From Candidatus Fervidifonticultor quintus (GTDB taxonomy: Bacteria; Sysuimicrobiota; Sysuimicrobiia; Sysuimicrobiales; Humicultoraceae): a stretch of DNA of 10,390 bases. The position numbers were made by a program, and so were the translations under genes. The DNA is taken from contig JAVKIJ010000097.1 of the NCBI GenBank assembly GCA_031459535.1, forward strand, positions 1-10,390, read 5' to 3'. Below, one piece after another: positions 6,880 through 10,390 of this stretch (the first letter of the stretch is position 1; each line of letters begins with the position of its first letter). The notes below the pieces were generated by a model. The model had not been told where the DNA came from, did no database searches, and worked only from the letters and a program-made list of their open reading frames with translations.

Positions 6880-7638
6880 CTAGCGTGTATATTCGCCCCC
6901 GCGGCCGCCGCTACTGCCCTCCGACGGATCTGGAGCTGGCCGCCCCAGCGCCCGGACGAACCACCGCGTGATCTCCCGGGGATTGGTGATCGCGGTGCCC
7001 ACCACCACGGCGTACGCGCCGCGGCGCAGCGCTTCGGCTGCCTGCGCCGGCGTCCTGATCCGGCCCTCGGCGATCACCGGCACGCGCAGCCGGGCGGCCA
7101 GGGCCCGGACGAGGTCGAGGTCGGGTTCCTCGGGCGGCGGCAGCGCGGGATCCAGATAGCCGGACAGGGTCGTCGCCACCGCGTCGGCGCCGGCGGCCTC
7201 GGCGGCCAGGGCGTCGGTCACCCTCGCGCAGTCGGCCAGCACGGGCAGTTCCAGGTCGCGGTGAATGCGCTCGATGAGCTCGGCCAGCGAGCCCCCGTCC
7301 GGTCTGGGCCTGCCCGTGGCGTCCAGCGCGATGATCGCGGCCCCGGCAGCGGCGACGGCCTCAGCCTCGGCCATAGTGGGCGTGATCTCGATGGAAGAGC
7401 CCTGGTACCGGCGCTTGAAGAGACCGATGATCGGCAGGGACGAGAGCCGGCGGGCCGCCCGGATCTCATCGGGTCCATTCATGCGCAGCCCGGCGGCGCC
7501 GCCCTGCTGGGCGGCGAGCGCCATGGCGGCCATGAACGCCGGGCCGTGCAGGGGATTGTCGGGCCTCGCCTGACACGAGACGATCAGCCCACCGGCCAGT
7601 CGGGCCAGGGCGGCGTGGCGGTCGGCAGGCAGCTGCAT
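6880..7638 (-). CDS. nanE: N-acetylmannosamine-6-phosphate 2-epimerase family protein
   Basis: GLIVSCQA, GAAGLR, PIIGLFKR (catalytic Lys), ITPT, IALDATGRPRP, TTLSGY, VIAEGRI and VVVGTAIT. Confidence 0.92.
   Translation of the reverse strand: MQLPADRHAALARLAGGLIVSCQARPDNPLHGPAFMAAMALAAQQGGAAGLRMNGPDEIRAARRLSSLPIIGLFKRRYQGSSIEITPTMAEAEAVAAAGAAIIALDATGRPRPDGGSLAELIERIHRDLELPVLADCARVTDALAAEAAGADAVATTLSGYLDPALPPPEEPDLDLVRALAARLRVPVIAEGRIRTPAQAAEALRRGAYAVVVGTAITNPREITRWFVRALGRPAPDPSEGSSGGRGGEYTR
6889..6917 (-). promoter_or_regulatory. Putative sigma-H-like internal promoter (GCAGTA-N17-GAATAT) within the nanE 3' tail, upstream of the ABC binding-protein gene
   Basis: Minus strand GCAGTA (6917-6912), 17-nt spacer, GAAT (6894-6891) followed by ATAC; same geometry as the 1927-1955 motif with one mismatch. 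Confidence 0.42.
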
Positions 7639-7655
7639 GTCCGTTGCCCTGTGCG

Positions 7656-8216
7656 CTAGTCGCCGTGCCTCTGCCGCAACCTCGGGGAGAGCCGCAGCAG
7701 GAGCTGGATGCGCTCTACCTCAGTCATCCAGTCTGCCGTCACCGCAGCCAGGTACGCATCCGCCGGCGGGACGATCCCCGTGGGGCAGGCCGGGCCCAGG
7801 CGTTCCTGCGCCATCCTTCGGTACATGGAGATCGTGCGGTCCCCATAGCGGCCGCACTCCTCGAAGTCCTCGCTCAAGAAGACCACCACCGGGATCCGGC
7901 GGCCCTGGTTGAGCATCAGTTCGGTCTGGACGTCGGCGTGGACGTCGCGGTCGGCGAAGCGCAGCTCGATCACTGGCGACGCCTCGGCAATACGCTGCAG
8001 GATGGGCCCCTGCAGCACGCAGTCGCCGCACCAGACGCCAGCTAGGCAGAGCAGGTACATCTGGCGGCTGAAACTCTCCAGCAGCGCCCGTTGCTCCGCG
8101 GTCACGGCCGCCTGGTCGTGGATCAGGCGCCAGCGCTCCCGGTGCCGGGGTTCCCCGTGCGTCTCGAGAAAGGTCGCATAGGGCTGCGCGGCTCGCCACA
8201 CCTTCTCCCAGTTCAT
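7656..8216 (-). CDS. Thioredoxin-like protein (WCGDC; probably Thioredoxin_9/YusE-like)
   Basis: LLCLAGVWCGDC active site, ELRFADRD and cis-Pro loop GRRIPVVVF; GGGGAG SD 6 nt before the ATG. Confidence 0.88.
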   Translation of the reverse strand: MNWEKVWRAAQPYATFLETHGEPRHRERWRLIHDQAAVTAEQRALLESFSRQMYLLCLAGVWCGDCVLQGPILQRIAEASPVIELRFADRDVHADVQTELMLNQGRRIPVVVFLSEDFEECGRYGDRTISMYRRMAQERLGPACPTGIVPPADAYLAAVTADWMTEVERIQLLLRLSPRLRQRHGD

Positions 8217-8228
8217 GTGCTACTCCCC

Positions 8229-8250
8229 TGTGCGGTACAATATGAACCGA
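8229..8250. promoter_or_regulatory. Candidate bidirectional promoter with overlapping -10 hexamers
   Basis: Plus strand TACAAT at 8236-8241 and minus strand TATTGT at 8242-8237, in the 33-bp spacer between divergent genes; -35 elements are poor on both sides. Confidence 0.55.
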
Positions 8251-8516
8251 TGAGCCTCTCCCAGACCGATCTCTACCAGCGAATCCTCCAGGCCGCGCGC
8301 GCGGCGCATCCGGCCCTCGTGGTCGACCGGGGCTCGATCCACTGGAGGGAGGAGCCCTATCCCGGGGTCGAGTACGGCCTGGCGCTAGCCGGCGCGCACG
8401 CCCTGCTGTTCCTGCCCGCTGCGGACATCGCCGGACCCGACTGGGAACGCCGGCTCCCGCAGCGCCTGGAGGCCGCCGTCCGCTACCTGCAGGAGTTCCC
8501 CGGCCGGGCCCGGTGA
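8250..8516 (+). CDS. Hypothetical protein (88 aa), probably leaderless
   Basis: MSLSQTDLYQRILQAARAAHP…; fills the gap ahead of the MBL hydrolase gene (13 nt spacing); GC3-rich codons; ATG 8 nt after TACAAT with no SD. The ORF-track start at 8091 overlaps the divergent gene. Confidence 0.75.
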   Translation: MSLSQTDLYQRILQAARAAHPALVVDRGSIHWREEPYPGVEYGLALAGAHALLFLPAADIAGPDWERRLPQRLEAAVRYLQEFPGRAR

Positions 8517-8529
8517 TCAATTCCCCACG

Positions 8530-9177
8530 ATGATCATCGAGACCCTGCAGCTGGGGCCGCTCGGCACCAATTGCTTCATCGTCGCCGACGAGGCGTCGTC
8601 CCGGGCGGTAGTCCTCGATCCAGGTGACGACGCCCCGTTGGTCCTGGACGTGCTGGCACAGGCGGGGCTGACCCTGGAGTTGATCATCGCCACGCACGCC
8701 CATTTCGATCACGTGGGCGGCGTTCGAGCGATCAAAGAGGCGACCGGAGCGCCGTTTGGGGTCGGCGAGTTCGAACGCGCGGCGCTGGACGTGGCGGCCG
8801 ATCGAGCCGCGATCCTCTTTGGCGTCACGATCCCAAGACCGCCGGCGCCCGACCGCCTGCTGCGCGAAGGCGAGGTGCTGATCCTCGGGGGTCAGCCGTT
8901 CCGCGTGGTGCACACGCCAGGGCACAGCCCGGGGCACATCTGCCTGCTCGGGGACGGTGTGGCGTTTGTTGGGGACCTGGTCTTTGCGGGCAGCGTCGGG
9001 CGCACCGACCTGCCGGGTGCCGATCACGCCACCCTGCTACAATCCATTGCTCGTCACATTCTGACGCTGCCGGACGAGACGATCCTGTACAATGGCCACG
9101 GCCCGGCCACGACCGTGGGCCGGGAGCGGAAGACCAACCCGTTCCTCGTGGGGCTGGCGCCGATTGTCGACCCGTGA
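8530..9177 (+). CDS. MBL-fold metallo-hydrolase, GloC/YcbL (glyoxalase II-like) family
   Basis: GPLGTNCFI, VLDPG, THAHFDHVGG (HxHxDH), HTPGHSPGH, GDLVFAGSVGRTDLPG, GHGPATT and ERKTNPF. Confidence 0.92.
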   Translation: MIIETLQLGPLGTNCFIVADEASSRAVVLDPGDDAPLVLDVLAQAGLTLELIIATHAHFDHVGGVRAIKEATGAPFGVGEFERAALDVAADRAAILFGVTIPRPPAPDRLLREGEVLILGGQPFRVVHTPGHSPGHICLLGDGVAFVGDLVFAGSVGRTDLPGADHATLLQSIARHILTLPDETILYNGHGPATTVGRERKTNPFLVGLAPIVDP

Positions 9178-9884
9178 GCGCCCTCGTGCTTGGCGATGGT
9201 CTCCTCTTCCTGCACGGCGCCGGGGGGCGCGGGCTGGTCTGGCAGCACCAGATGCTGGCGTTCCCCCGGTCGCGCGCACCGGACCTGCCCGGCCGGGACG
9301 GAGCACCTCCCGAGGGCGTGGATGAATACATGGAGGCGGTGCGGACCGCGCTTCCGCCCGCCCGTCGCGTGATCGCCGGGCACTCGCTGGGGAGTGCCAT
9401 CGCCATGCGGTGGGCTCTGGCCTATCCCGATGAGGTGCGTGGTCTCATCCTGGTCGGCGCGGGCGCCAAGATGCGGGTCAACCCCGTGTGGCTGGACGGC
9501 ATTGCGCGCCGCGAGGTTGCGGCGATCGAGGAGTTCGGCTCCTGGTGGTTCGGTTCTGGGGCCGACGTCCGGTTGCGCGAGAAGTCCCTGGCCCTGCTGC
9601 GGGCCACGCCGCCGGCGGTGCTGCTGGCGGACCTGCGGGCATCCGACGGCTTCGACGTGATGGCGGAACTGGGTCGGTTGGAGCTCCCCGCATTGATTCT
9701 CTGCGGCGCAGAGGACCGGCTGACCCCTGTGAAGTTCAGCCGGTACCTGCACGAGCACATTCGGGGATCCACACTGGAGATTGTGGAGGGTGCAGGACAC
9801 ATGGTGATGCTGGAGCAGCCGCAGGCGACCAATGCGGCGATCCGGGCGTTTCTCGAACGGCTCGGCGGAGGGATCACGACATGA
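9174..9884 (+). CDS. Alpha/beta-fold hydrolase
   Basis: FLHGAGG oxyanion motif, DLPG, nucleophile elbow GHSLG, GAEDRLTP (Asp) and GAGHMVMLEQP (His); GTGA overlap with the upstream stop. Confidence 0.92.
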   Translation: MSALVLGDGLLFLHGAGGRGLVWQHQMLAFPRSRAPDLPGRDGAPPEGVDEYMEAVRTALPPARRVIAGHSLGSAIAMRWALAYPDEVRGLILVGAGAKMRVNPVWLDGIARREVAAIEEFGSWWFGSGADVRLREKSLALLRATPPAVLLADLRASDGFDVMAELGRLELPALILCGAEDRLTPVKFSRYLHEHIRGSTLEIVEGAGHMVMLEQPQATNAAIRAFLERLGGGITT

Positions 9885-10390
9885 ACGGATGGGTCGACCT
9901 GAACTCAGACGGCGGCGAGGGGTTTGGCGCCTACACCATTGGCGCCGATGCCGAGCTGCTGGCCGTCGTCACATCCATCAACGTCGCCTGCGGGTTCCAC
10001 GGCGGCGACCCCGTTGTGATCCGACACACCGTTCGTCTGGCCGCATCCGCCGGCGTGGCGGTGGGCGCCCATCCGGGGTTCCCGGACCTGCAGGGGTTCG
10101 GCCGCAGGCAGATGCACATTGCGCCGCGAGACCTCGCGGCCATGCTGATCTACCAGATTGGCGCGGTCGCCGCGCTGGCCCGGGCCGAGGGGGTGCCGCT
10201 GCGGCACGTCAAGGCCCACGGGGCGCTCTACAACATGGCCATGGCCGATGCCGGGCTGGCCGAGGCCATCGCCGACGCCACCGCCGCCTTTCCGGGCGTG
10301 GCGCTCTTCGCGCCCCGCAATTCGGCCATGGCCGCGGCGGCAGTGGCCCGCGGCGTGCCCGTCGTGCCCGAAGCATTTCTCGACCGCGGT
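9881..10390 (+). CDS. pxpA: 5-oxoprolinase subunit A (LamB/YcsF family), 3' end beyond the window
   Basis: Not in the ORF track (no stop in the window). Translated by hand: MNGWVDLNSDGGEGFGAY…TSINVACGFHGGDP…VGAHPGFPDLQGFGRR…YQIGA…HVKAHGALYN…EAFLDRG; ATGA overlap with the upstream stop and GGAGG SD. Confidence 0.95.
   Translation, partial: MNGWVDLNSDGGEGFGAYTIGADAELLAVVTSINVACGFHGGDPVVIRHTVRLAASAGVAVGAHPGFPDLQGFGRRQMHIAPRDLAAMLIYQIGAVAALARAEGVPLRHVKAHGALYNMAMADAGLAEAIADATAAFPGVALFAPRNSAMAAAAVARGVPVVPEAFLDRG

Noticed and set aside
5282..6883. 533-aa plus-strand ORF antisense to the binding-protein gene
   Set aside because: Shadow ORF produced by GC3-biased codons on the real strand; no motifs or SD.
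8242..8253. Mini ORF ATG-AAC-CGA-TGA overlapping the 8250 start
   Set aside because: Its ATG abuts the -10 hexamer and lies upstream of the predicted TSS, so it is unlikely to be transcribed.
7720..9027. 435-aa minus-strand ORF crossing the divergent spacer
   Set aside because: Overlaps three better-supported genes; Arg/Gly/Pro-rich off-frame composition.
1..10390. CRISPR arrays, IS elements, integrases, tRNA/rRNA, defence systems, recoding signals
   Set aside because: No spaced repeat arrays, transposase/integrase motifs, RNA-gene-like segments, or interrupted reading frames were seen; intergenic gaps are all about 100 nt or less.

Overview
GC-rich bacterial chromosomal window with no mobile element, CRISPR array or RNA gene visible. 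Two gene blocks diverge from a 33-bp spacer at 8217-8249. The leftward block (minus strand, 11 closely spaced genes, in transcription order) is: CxxC thioredoxin-like protein, nanE-like ManNAc-6P 2-epimerase, CUT1 sugar ABC transporter (binding protein and 2 permeases, no ATPase), D-psicose/D-tagatose 3-epimerase-family enzyme, an unknown secreted protein, an unknown membrane protein, a stand-alone cNMP-binding protein, an M55 D-aminopeptidase (DppA type) and a CBS-pair protein with an Arg-rich tail. The rightward block (plus strand) is: a small unknown protein, a GloC/YcbL-like MBL hydrolase, an alpha/beta hydrolase and pxpA (5-oxoprolinase subunit A, runs off the window). The most notable points are a candidate symmetric bidirectional -10 promoter at the divergence point, two sigma-H-like (GCAG[G/T]A-N17-GAAT) internal promoter motifs, an unusual 2-epimerase + 3-epimerase sugar uptake locus lacking the rest of the nan pathway, and an uncharacterised secreted/membrane gene pair next to nucleotide-sensor proteins. 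All family calls come from motif recognition by eye; no database searches were run.
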